A stretch of DNA of 64,000 nt from Candidatus Wallbacteria bacterium (GTDB lineage: Bacteria > Muiribacteriota > UBA9980). The notes beneath the pieces are model-generated. The model was given only the letters and a program-made list of their open reading frames with translations, searched no databases and was not told the origin of the DNA. A program made the position numbers and the translations under genes. Below, piece by piece: positions 1 to 8,491 of the stretch (the stretch's first letter is position 1; each line of letters opens with the position of its first letter). The stretch is taken from assembly GCA_022703765.1 (NCBI GenBank), contig JAKJHQ010000001.1, forward strand, positions 145,854 to 209,853. Direction: 5' to 3'.

Positions 1-682
1 TTACCCGCGCAAATTCATTCCAGCTGCAATAACCCTCATTCGTCGCATGGTAAATTCCATACTTATCCGTTTGAACCAACTCTATCAAAAATTTAGCGAG
101 GTCACCGGTATATGTCGGCGAGCCGACCTGGTCGTCAACTACAAACAATTCGCCCTCGCTGCGCGATTTTTTCAATATCGCACGCACAAAATTATTGCCG
201 TTTGCGCCGAAAAGCCACGAGGTCCTCACTATAAAACTGCGCGGACAAATCTGAACGGCATACCTTTCAGCATAATACTTGCTCATGCCGTAAACATTTA
301 TCGGCGACGGCTGGTCGTACTCGGCATATGGCGACCCCTTCTCACCGTCAAATACATAATCGGTGGATAGCAAAGCCAGCTTTATAGACCCTTCCGCGCA
401 TATAACCGCCAGATCCCGAACAGCCATGGCGTTTATTTTAAACGCCTCCTCCTGCCTGGCCTCCGCGGCGTCCACATTCGTAAAGGCCGCGCAATGCACA
501 ATCGCATCCGGCTTAAATCGCGCTATATACGCGGCCGCCGCCTTCGTGTCGAGCAGGTCAAAATCTGCCATATCGACGCCTTGCGCCTCAACCCCGGCCA
601 GACCGCTCGCCGCCTTAAGCACATCAGTGCCCAACATTCCGCACGCACCGGTAACTAAAATTTTAAAAGGTCTGTTATCCAT
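1..682 (-). CDS. rmlD: dTDP-4-dehydrorhamnose reductase (RmlD), C-terminally truncated by the window edge
   Basis: The reverse-strand translation starts MDNRPFKILVTGACGMLGTD... with a Rossmann GxxGxxG motif and overall RmlD-like sequence. ATG at 680-682 (rc) is preceded by AAGGAA. The ORF runs off the window start, so it is missing from the ORF track. Confidence 0.75.
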   Translation of the reverse strand, partial: MDNRPFKILVTGACGMLGTDVLKAASGLAGVEAQGVDMADFDLLDTKAAAAYIARFKPDAIVHCAAFTNVDAAEARQEEAFKINAMAVRDLAVICAEGSIKLALLSTDYVFDGEKGSPYAEYDQPSPINVYGMSKYYAERYAVQICPRSFIVRTSWLFGANGNNFVRAILKKSRSEGELFVVDDQVGSPTYTGDLAKFLIELVQTDKYGIYHATNEGYCSWNEFARV

Positions 683-835
683 AAAATTCCTTTATCTAAA
701 ATAAAATATTAAAAACTGCATACGGTATGCCTGCAAAAACTATTTATATAATTATAGCAAATTTAAGCGATTTTTTGCATTATGACAAAAAACATCTTTT
801 TTTATACAAAATTTAATATTTTTTTGTTTTTGTTT

Positions 836-1124
836 TTTTGATAAGGGAAGGCCAGGGGCCAAAGGCCCCTGCCTTCCCTTAAAATCCCTTCCAACCCCTG
901 AATCGCCTGATGCTTTATTAATGTGAAGTGCCGGCTTTTCTGACTGCGTTTTAATGTTTTAATGCTTAAATTCAGTTATGCAGTTATGCTCTTTTCATAA
1001 ATTGCTTCAAATTTCTTTTTTACATTGTTTTCGTCTTTATTTTTCTTGAGATTTTTTCAAGTTTTTTTTCGAGTTCGCAGACGCGCGCACGCGCGCGTCT
1101 GCGCAGCAATAATGGCTTATTGGT
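836..1124 (+). repeat. Intergenic repeat element, copy 1 (~290 bp): GC-rich hairpin, conserved ~100-nt module, variable T-rich core, terminal palindrome GCAGACGCGCGC..GCGCGCGTCTGC
   Basis: Near-identical ends and similar internal layout to 24056-24343 and 63952-64000. Hairpin at 845-878 and palindrome at 1077-1102 were read directly from the sequence. Confidence 0.7.
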
Positions 1125-1617
1125 AAATCGGCATTATGTTTTATTTTAGGCACTATGGTAAGAAAACTTTTTTAGCTCGCTGCTTTTTATTCATATCAAT
1201 TAACCAAATAAAGTTATGTTTTATGTCACTACTTTTTTATGATAATACACGAAAAAACATGCGTATATACTACCATTATGTGACATATAACGAAAATAAG
1301 TTCGTTTATGCTCCTTCAATAATGAAACAAAAACGAATATATTGACGCGATTTAGGGCGTTGTCTGCCATTCGGGCCGCGCGTCGCAAATCAACATCCTT
1401 GCTTTTATTCTAAATTCTACATTTCATAACACTTTTCCCTATCAAATTCTCCGGCTCTTTTTTAACCGTTTACTTCAGTTAAATTCCTTCTTCCATATAT
1501 TCCATAGCCATTAACTAATGGCCTTCAAAATATTAAGCAGAACGAATCTTTAAGCCCAAAGCAATAAAAACGCCAAAAATCAATTTAACCTCAAGACAAA
1601 ATAACATATACATTGTA

Positions 1618-1646
1618 TTGACATTGACATTTTTGTGTGTTATAAT
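1618..1646 (+). promoter_or_regulatory. Consensus sigma70-type promoter upstream of brnT (TTGACA, 17-bp spacer, TATAAT)
   Basis: TTGACA at 1618-1623 and TATAAT at 1641-1646 sit immediately upstream of the brnT ATG at 1653. Confidence 0.5.
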
Positions 1647-1652
1647 AAAATC

Positions 1653-1925
1653 ATGGATTTAAATGTATTAAACTTTGAATGGGATCAAGGCAATATTGAT
1701 AAAAACATTGTCAAGCACGATCTTTATCCGCTTGAAATCGAAGAAGCATTCTTTAATAAACCGCAGAAAACATTGAAAGGACGCGACGATAGATATTACC
1801 TCTTTGGAAAAACCGACGCCGGAAGATATTTATTTATCGTGTTTATAATTAAAGAGAAAACGATTAGAGTAATTTCAGCCCGTAACATGACTAAAGAAGA
1901 AAAAAGGCAATATCTTAAAAAATAA
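1653..1925 (+). CDS. brnT: BrnT-family (DUF497) toxin of a type II toxin-antitoxin pair
   Basis: The product MDLNVLNFEWDQGNIDKNIVKHDL... has the characteristic FEWD..N..KN..KHG start of BrnT/DUF497 toxins. The track's start at 1635 is GTG, so I moved it to ATG 1653. Confidence 0.75.
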   Translation: MDLNVLNFEWDQGNIDKNIVKHDLYPLEIEEAFFNKPQKTLKGRDDRYYLFGKTDAGRYLFIVFIIKEKTIRVISARNMTKEEKRQYLKK

Positions 1926-1983
1926 CTAAACTAACGCAAACAAGCAATATTAACAACGAAAATTATTAATTCAGGTGATAAAA

Positions 1984-2268
1984 ATGAAAAGCAAAAAAAA
2001 ATTACCAAACTTTAAAAATATGACCGAGCATGAAGAACAAGAATTTTGGGATAAAAATTCTATAATTGATTACGCCGATGAAGTAAAAGAAATTGATTTA
2101 AATTACATAGATCAAAGGCCTCTAAAAAAAACTACTATTAATTTAAGAATTGACGAAAGTTTAAAAAATCAAATCAAAAAAATCGCATTAAAAAAAGGCT
2201 TGCCATATCAAACTTTGATTTATATGTGGCTTAAAGAACACATCGACAATGAAGGAAAAGCCGCTTAA
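1984..2268 (+). CDS. brnA: BrnA-family antitoxin (ribbon-helix-helix/CopG-like C-terminus)
   Basis: This small ORF lies directly downstream of brnT. Its C-terminal RIDESLKNQIKKIALKKGLPYQTLIYMWLKEHI matches the RHH antitoxin pattern. The start was moved to ATG 1984, with AGGTGA 5 bp upstream. Confidence 0.7.
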   Translation: MKSKKKLPNFKNMTEHEEQEFWDKNSIIDYADEVKEIDLNYIDQRPLKKTTINLRIDESLKNQIKKIALKKGLPYQTLIYMWLKEHIDNEGKAA

Positions 2269-2692
2269 TAAACTCTTTCACACAGTTTAAGCGACAACTA
2301 GTAGATCCCGTGATCTCGACTCGGTTACACTCAGGATCAAGAACGCAGCTTTCATAATATCCGTCACCGGTCATTCGTGGCTCCGAAACGACACGAAAAC
2401 CTGCCGAACGCAGCCTTTCTGTCAAAGCGTCCACGCAACCGCGACTTCCAGCCGAAATTGCAATATGTGCAAGACCCGAACGAAGACCACGGTCAATATC
2501 GACACATTTTGCAATTCCGGGTTTTTGCATTAGTTCGAGACGCATCTCACCATCGAAAACCAGAAAATATGATTCAAAGCCTGTTTTCGGATTCAAATAT
2601 TTTTCGCCGGCCGAACAATCAAAATATTCGATATAAAAATCTTTCAATTTTTCAATATTTTCGGACCATATGGCGATATGAACGATCTGCAT
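2231..2692 (-). CDS. VOC/glyoxalase-bleomycin resistance family protein
   Basis: A ~125-aa N-terminal region has the VOC-like pattern (IVHIAIWSENIEKLKDFY...; HIAISAG...). The 3' end overlaps the brnA stop, and the C-terminal tail may be non-native. Confidence 0.55.
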   Translation of the reverse strand: MQIVHIAIWSENIEKLKDFYIEYFDCSAGEKYLNPKTGFESYFLVFDGEMRLELMQKPGIAKCVDIDRGLRSGLAHIAISAGSRGCVDALTERLRSAGFRVVSEPRMTGDGYYESCVLDPECNRVEITGSTSCRLNCVKEFIKRLFLHCRCVL

Positions 2693-2895
2693 TTCAACGC
2701 TCCATTTTTTTATAAATCTTTAAAAAGGTTTACAACGTTATGAAAAAAAGATTATTTACTTACCCTAATCGAGAAATAACCTTAACCATTATTTTATTCA
2801 TATCGATTATAAAATATGTCTGATTAAAAAAGAAGAATTATTTCAAGCATTTTCTTTCAGGGCCATCCATGGCCGGCTACAAAGATCCAATAGTT

Positions 2896-4035
2896 TTAAT
2901 CGCTGAATAACTGCAGGTAATCATTATAAACATAAATTTTATTCCTTTTTCTTTCCACGAACAATTTTAAAATACCAAGATCAATAAATTTATCAATCAT
3001 CTTTTTGGCGTTTGGATAAGTTAAATCAAGCATATTACATACATCACCCACCGCAACAGTTGGTTTGTTAAACAAATTATTATAGAGTTTTATTGCATTT
3101 TCGCTAATTCTTAAAAGCGATTGAACTTTTACCGTGTGAGTTTCTCTAAGTTCTTTTATTTTTCTTGCTTTATTAACCGCTTCTTTAGACATCTCAATTA
3201 TTCCCTCTAAAAAGAATTTGATCCATCTTTCAAAATCACCGCTTACAGTTATGTTATTCAAATATTCATAATACTGTTTTCTATGCTTTTTAAAAAACTT
3301 CGAAATATACATCGTCGGCTTACTTAAAATTCCTTTATGCGCCAGATAAAAATTTATTAATAGTCTTCCAATTCTTCCGTTCCCATCTAAAAATGGATGA
3401 ATTATTTCAAACTGTGAATGAATCAAAGCCGTTTTTATCAATGGATGCGTTTTATCATCAGCATGTAAAAACTTTTCAAAATTATCCAATAATCCATTCA
3501 AATATTGCGGCGCCGGCGGAATATAACTGGCCGTGTTTATCGAATGACCGCCGATCCAATTCTGAGATTTTCTAAATTCGCCAGGACATTTATGCTGCCC
3601 TCTGACATCTTTCAATAAAATCGAATGTATTTCCCTGATCAACCTTAAAGATAACGGCAATTTTTCAAGCCTTTTAAGTCCATATTCAAGAGCATTTATA
3701 TAATTTTCAATCTCTTTAACATCATCCGGAAGTTCATCATTAATTCCAGCTTCCTTCTTAATTAAATCCGAAAATGTCGCTTGCGTGCCTTCAATTTGAG
3801 ATGACAGCGTTGCTTCTTGACGCGCATACATATAAACAAAAAAATTGGGTGCAATCAATATGTCGGTAATTTCATCCAATCTACCTATAAATCTATTAGC
3901 TTCTGATACCAAATATATCAATTCATCATCATAATTCAAAGGTGGACTGGGAGGCAAAAAATTTGGAACGAATGATTTATAAGCACTATCACTTATGCCT
4001 TCCATTATAAACTTTCCCGCTCTATTATTCTTCAT
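2896..4035 (-). CDS. Fic/DOC family protein (AMPylator-type) with C-terminal winged-HTH-like region
   Basis: Canonical Fic motif HPFLDGNGRIGRLL is present. The protein is 379 aa. Confidence 0.85.
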   Translation of the reverse strand: MKNNRAGKFIMEGISDSAYKSFVPNFLPPSPPLNYDDELIYLVSEANRFIGRLDEITDILIAPNFFVYMYARQEATLSSQIEGTQATFSDLIKKEAGINDELPDDVKEIENYINALEYGLKRLEKLPLSLRLIREIHSILLKDVRGQHKCPGEFRKSQNWIGGHSINTASYIPPAPQYLNGLLDNFEKFLHADDKTHPLIKTALIHSQFEIIHPFLDGNGRIGRLLINFYLAHKGILSKPTMYISKFFKKHRKQYYEYLNNITVSGDFERWIKFFLEGIIEMSKEAVNKARKIKELRETHTVKVQSLLRISENAIKLYNNLFNKPTVAVGDVCNMLDLTYPNAKKMIDKFIDLGILKLFVERKRNKIYVYNDYLQLFSD

Positions 4036-4045
4036 ACCCCATCCT

Positions 4046-4155
4046 TATTAACGTTTTAGCATTTATCCATTAATATTATTTTTATATTAACGTAAACAAC
4101 CGCTATGCATTAACACGTTTCGCTTATTAACATTTAAACGCATTATACATTAACA
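4046..4155. promoter_or_regulatory. Five iterated (T/C)ATTAAC(A/G) motifs upstream of the fic gene, a possible operator or iteron array
   Basis: Motif copies begin at 4046, 4086, 4108, 4125 and 4148, read directly from the sequence. Confidence 0.3.
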
Positions 4156-4898
4156 AGAGTAAAATGTCAACTACATAAAATTCATTTTCTTGATATTTCA
4201 ACGCCCTCATCGCATGCCCTTCCATTGGCACGCGATGGGACCGGCAGAGAAAGCGCTACATTACCGTGATAGAAAAAGTTCAACCTAATTCAATCGCCTC
4301 TAATACGGACCGATGCGACGCCGGCAGATAATAAGCGTGTGGCTGCCGCGTCGCCCGCGCAAGTCATCCTGACCGGCGCGGCTTAATTAAAAATTTTCCA
4401 TAAGAATTAGAATTTTGCTTACTCCATTATTCTCACTCAAAATAGAATAACAAAAAAAACGTTTCCCTGTCGGCACGCCGATAAAATTTAAAATATAAAT
4501 CTTTATCATCCATATGTAAATAATAAAATCAGATGGCACCTTACGCCCTTCGTCATCCGTGGCTATAGCGCCCCTGACATGCAATTAACAAATCAATAAG
4601 CTTAAATAACATTCATCCCGAAAATATTTTTTCAAACATCATTTCCGCCAGATGGTCTCTTGCGGCAAATCGCCCGGCTCCGCTCCAGTTTCGGCAACAA
4701 TTTCATTAAAATCGTTACCAGAAATTACTTGCAAAATTTGAGCAAAAATGCTAATATCAAGTATTACAGAAGATGATTTACCTCTTATTTTTGTATAGCA
4801 TTTATCGTATAGTAAGAGGGTTTTTATAAAAATTTGTTTCACTTCAAATTATATTTTGGGCACGTTTGAATAATTCTATGTAAAAAGGATGATTCGTT

Positions 4899-6344
4899 TT
4901 GAAAAAAGTTTATTCGATTCTATTAATAATCATTTTATTGCTTAATTTTAATATTTGCAGGGCAAATTCTGAAACGATAAATTTAAACTACATGAAAACA
5001 GGCATTGACGAGAATAACATTAAAATCAAATCTCTTGATTATAAATTAACTGGCGAAACTTATGAAATCAATTTGATATGCGAAGTTCCCGAAGACATGG
5101 GATATTCATTTTTTAATCCGCCGTTTGCCGACGTGATTAAAATTTTTGATTTAAACGGCTTAAAAAAAGGCGTTAATACTATTAATCTCAAATTTTCAAA
5201 GAAGGCCTGCGAAAGCCTTTCCGACAAGCATCTTATATTTGATTTTATATGGAACTCCGGAGGAAAGGAAGCCTTTTTCTCAACCATTATCGCCGATAAT
5301 AATGAGCTGGCGGATCTGCGAGGCATGGATATATCGAAAAGAAATGTCGCGGACAGGTTTGACGATCTTATTCATTCCGACTTTGACACGGAAACTAAAT
5401 GGCCTTCTAAATTACCCCAAAAGTTTAATCCGGCCAGGATAATGGAACTTGGAAAAATACCGGGATTAAATATCAGACAGCTTCACGAAAAGGGGATAAC
5501 CGGAAAAGGCATTTCGATAGCCGTCATCGATCAGAAACTTCTGAGAGAGCATGACGAATATGCCAATAGGATAAAACATTATGAAGAAATAAAATGCCCC
5601 CCGGGCGAGCCTCAAATGCACTCCGCCGCGGTGTTATCACTTGCGGCCGGCAAAACCGTCGGAACCGCCCCCCAGGCAGATATATATTATATAGCTACGA
5701 CATTCGTGGCCAGCGACGGAGATAAAAAATTTGATATGAATTTTACGCCCCTGGCGGACGCCATTAATAAAATTCTCGACATAAACCTGAAACTATCGAA
5801 ACTTGAGAAGATACGCGCAATATCGATTTCGGTTGGCTGGATGAAAAACTCGAAAGGCTATCAAGAGGTCACAAAAGCCGTCGAGCGCGCAAAAAAAGAT
5901 GGAGTTTTTATAATTTCAACGTGTCTTGATGAAATTTACGGTTTCGAAATACACGGACTCGGACGGACGCCTCTTTCCGATCCCGACGACGTGAATTCCT
6001 ATATGCCCGCAATATTCTGGAGCTCCGATTTTTACAAATATCCCGAACGCTTTTCCAGGCCCATGCTGCTTGTGCCGATGGACGCTCGAACCTACGCTGG
6101 TTGTCAGCATAAAAGCCAGTATTCATTTAACAACGAAGGCGGCCTCAGCTGGGCCATACCATATGTCGCGGGCGTCTATGTTCTAATGTGCCAGGTAAAA
6201 CCTGATTTGACGCCTGAAATTTTCTGGAAGGCAGCGCTTGAAACCGGAAGCGAAATCAACTTGAAAAAAGATGGCAAAGATATAAAATTCGGCAGAATAT
6301 TAAACCCTGTTAAACTGAAGGACGCGCTAGCCAATCTTAAATAA
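4899..6344 (+). CDS. Secreted S8 (subtilisin-like) serine peptidase with divergent catalytic motifs
   Basis: A signal peptide is present. Asp/His/Ser motif regions are recognisable but divergent (AVIDQ, MHSAAV, GLSWAIP versus canonical DTG, HGT, GTSMAAP). The TTG start has AAAAAGGA upstream. Confidence 0.55.
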   Translation: MKKVYSILLIIILLLNFNICRANSETINLNYMKTGIDENNIKIKSLDYKLTGETYEINLICEVPEDMGYSFFNPPFADVIKIFDLNGLKKGVNTINLKFSKKACESLSDKHLIFDFIWNSGGKEAFFSTIIADNNELADLRGMDISKRNVADRFDDLIHSDFDTETKWPSKLPQKFNPARIMELGKIPGLNIRQLHEKGITGKGISIAVIDQKLLREHDEYANRIKHYEEIKCPPGEPQMHSAAVLSLAAGKTVGTAPQADIYYIATTFVASDGDKKFDMNFTPLADAINKILDINLKLSKLEKIRAISISVGWMKNSKGYQEVTKAVERAKKDGVFIISTCLDEIYGFEIHGLGRTPLSDPDDVNSYMPAIFWSSDFYKYPERFSRPMLLVPMDARTYAGCQHKSQYSFNNEGGLSWAIPYVAGVYVLMCQVKPDLTPEIFWKAALETGSEINLKKDGKDIKFGRILNPVKLKDALANLK

Positions 6345-6437
6345 CGGTTTTTTATTTATAAATAAAACAAAAGCTTTAAGCTCGCTAACTTCGGGTATCG
6401 CGCCCTTTATGAGAAACGGCGCCTGTCGCCGGAACTT

Positions 6438-7211
6438 CTACATTTTCTTTCCGATGTAAAATACATAACCGTAATATTGTTTATACTTGTTATAAAGTTC
6501 GGCTCCGTACTTTTCGTATTTTATGAATTCTTCGGCTGATTTATTGCCCCTGTATTTATCCAGAAATATTTTTTGCGCCGCTATTGCCGGAGTGTAAAAA
6601 TTGTCGGTCCAGCAAAATTCGGGCAGTATGAATGACGCCATAACCAGATAGCCGGCTTTTTGCATTTGAGCAATTTTATTTGAAATCGTGTCTATTTGAG
6701 GATATGCGTTATTCCAGAAATCAAATATTTCTTTAGGCCGTTCGTCCGTGAGCCATGTCGCTTCGCTAACTGCCACATAGCCGCCTTTTTTCAAAAACGG
6801 GTTCCAGTAATTCAAGCCTTTTTCGAAACCGATGTTATATATCGAGCCTTCGCTCCAGATAAGGTCCAATTCATTTAATTGAAACTCGAGTTTATCCATC
6901 GAGCCGATAACGCCTTTTACTCTGCTTTGAAGATTCAATTTTCGCACGTTGTCGTTGAGCTTGCCGATAAAGCCGGGAAATAAATCCATGGCAATGATAT
7001 CGCCCGGAGCGTTTTGAGCCAAAATAACCGTTTGACCTCCGGTGCCGCAGCCAAGATCGACTATTTTTGATTTTTCATGCAGATTATCGATAAAACTCAA
7101 TGCTTTCAAAGTCGATTCGGGGCTTCCTGGCCCCTGACGGTCCATGCTGGAAAAGTATTCGCAAATTAACGCAATGTCAAAATCATGAATATTATGCTCT
7201 TTATCGCTCAT
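6438..7211 (-). CDS. Class I SAM-dependent methyltransferase
   Basis: Motif I VDLGCGTGGQT is present, and the length fits a Rossmann methyltransferase. Confidence 0.8.
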   Translation of the reverse strand: MSDKEHNIHDFDIALICEYFSSMDRQGPGSPESTLKALSFIDNLHEKSKIVDLGCGTGGQTVILAQNAPGDIIAMDLFPGFIGKLNDNVRKLNLQSRVKGVIGSMDKLEFQLNELDLIWSEGSIYNIGFEKGLNYWNPFLKKGGYVAVSEATWLTDERPKEIFDFWNNAYPQIDTISNKIAQMQKAGYLVMASFILPEFCWTDNFYTPAIAAQKIFLDKYRGNKSAEEFIKYEKYGAELYNKYKQYYGYVFYIGKKM

Positions 7212-7732
7212 TTTATCTTCCTCCCGAAACTTTATGACGCCGTGGTTGAATATTAAGCAACAATATTATAAACATTGTATCAAATATACAGCTAAAGTCA
7301 ACAAAATTTAAATTTATTTACGCCTCCGTCGTAATGTACTCTGGGCAAGTAAATACGGTAATCGATGAAAAAATTGCCGGTATGCCGAAAAACCAAAATT
7401 ACCATAAAATAATCATTATGTCTTGGAACCCTCGGGCGCGGTAACTAAATATAACAAAAACAAATTTTCAGGGGTGATTGCAAAAAATAAACCGATAACC
7501 TCGAAACAAAACAAAATATATCTTGATTTTTTCATAAAAATTGGTTTATGATTTACCTAAACAAAATATTTCCCATTACAAAGCGCCAGGCAAATTCTGG
7601 TTTTGAAAGGATTTTAAGAGAATATATGACCCGCGGCAATCGCCTGCCCTTATACAAAAAAATATTGTAATTTTAACGATCTTATGATAGAATAATTAAA
7701 GCTAAATAAAATTAAAGGAGAGCAAAATCCGC

Positions 7733-8377
7733 ATGCAGAAAAAACTTATCTTAACCGCCGTTTTAATAATGTTCTTGATTTCCATCAACGCCGCTTTTTC
7801 AAAAGACGCCGCTAATTTAACCGGCGAAGCTTTCAAAGAAGTAGACGCAACCGCATGGCTTAATTCGGAACCTTTAAAAGTAGCCGACCAGAAAGGCAAA
7901 ACCGTGCTTCTCGAATTCTGGGCAACATGGTGCCCGCCCTGCAAAAAATCCATACCTCATTTAATCGAGCTTTATAACAAATACAAAGATAAAAACGTAG
8001 TTTTCATGGCGTTCACCGACGAAGCCAAAGAAACCGCAGAACCGTTCGTAAAAGAAATGAAAATGCCTTATCCCGTGGGCGTGGGCTCAAAATCGGCTAA
8101 CGACTACGGCGTGTCCGGCATCCCTCACGCGGTCATCATAGGACCCGACCAGAAAATCGCATGGGCCGGCCATCCCATGGATCCCGAATTCGAAAAAAAA
8201 CTCGAAAAAGCGGCTTCGGCTTCCGCCGGCGCGGCTAAAACCGAAACGGCAGCCGCCCCCGCTACCACCGGCGAAGTTAAAGTAGAAGCGGCGCCCGCCA
8301 CGGGCGAAGTAAAAGCCGCTCCCGCAGCCGGAGACGCAGGAGCAAAACCGGCCGATGATTGCGGCACCGGAAAATGA
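7733..8377 (+). CDS. TlpA-like thiol-disulfide oxidoreductase (thioredoxin fold), secreted, with a low-complexity Ala/Pro/Glu-rich C-terminal repeat tail
   Basis: Signal peptide, WATWCPPC active site, RBS AAAGGAG, and tail repeats AAPATTGEVKVE/AAPATGEVKAAPAAGD. Confidence 0.8.
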   Translation: MQKKLILTAVLIMFLISINAAFSKDAANLTGEAFKEVDATAWLNSEPLKVADQKGKTVLLEFWATWCPPCKKSIPHLIELYNKYKDKNVVFMAFTDEAKETAEPFVKEMKMPYPVGVGSKSANDYGVSGIPHAVIIGPDQKIAWAGHPMDPEFEKKLEKAASASAGAAKTETAAAPATTGEVKVEAAPATGEVKAAPAAGDAGAKPADDCGTGK

Positions 8378-8491
8378 GGCGGCGGCCACTAAAACCGGCA
8401 GTTTGCCGGTCCAACCGATAGGAAATTGATTTTTGCAGAAGGGCTCCGGCTGAAAAAAGCTCGAGCCCTTTCGCTTAAAAGCGGAGGCATA

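Noticed and set aside
47-704. Plus-strand ORFs 47-370 and 363-704 from the ORF track
   Set aside because: They are antisense to a much better-supported minus-strand rmlD reading frame (Rossmann motif, RBS). They have no domains and an Arg/Ala-rich composition typical of antisense frames.
1136-1345. 69-aa ORF in the AT-rich region upstream of brnT
   Set aside because: No RBS, low-complexity Phe/Tyr/Asn-rich product, probably a chance ORF.
4387-4842. Two small ORFs (65 and 67 aa) upstream of fic as possible antitoxin genes
   Set aside because: They have no convincing RBS and no recognisable fold or motif, and sit in an AT-rich region where random ORFs are frequent. I kept this only as a possibility under the Fic finding.
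8087-8389. Minus-strand ORFs antisense to the TlpA C-terminal repeat region
   Set aside because: They are generated by the GC-rich Ala/Pro repeat and have no RBS or domain.
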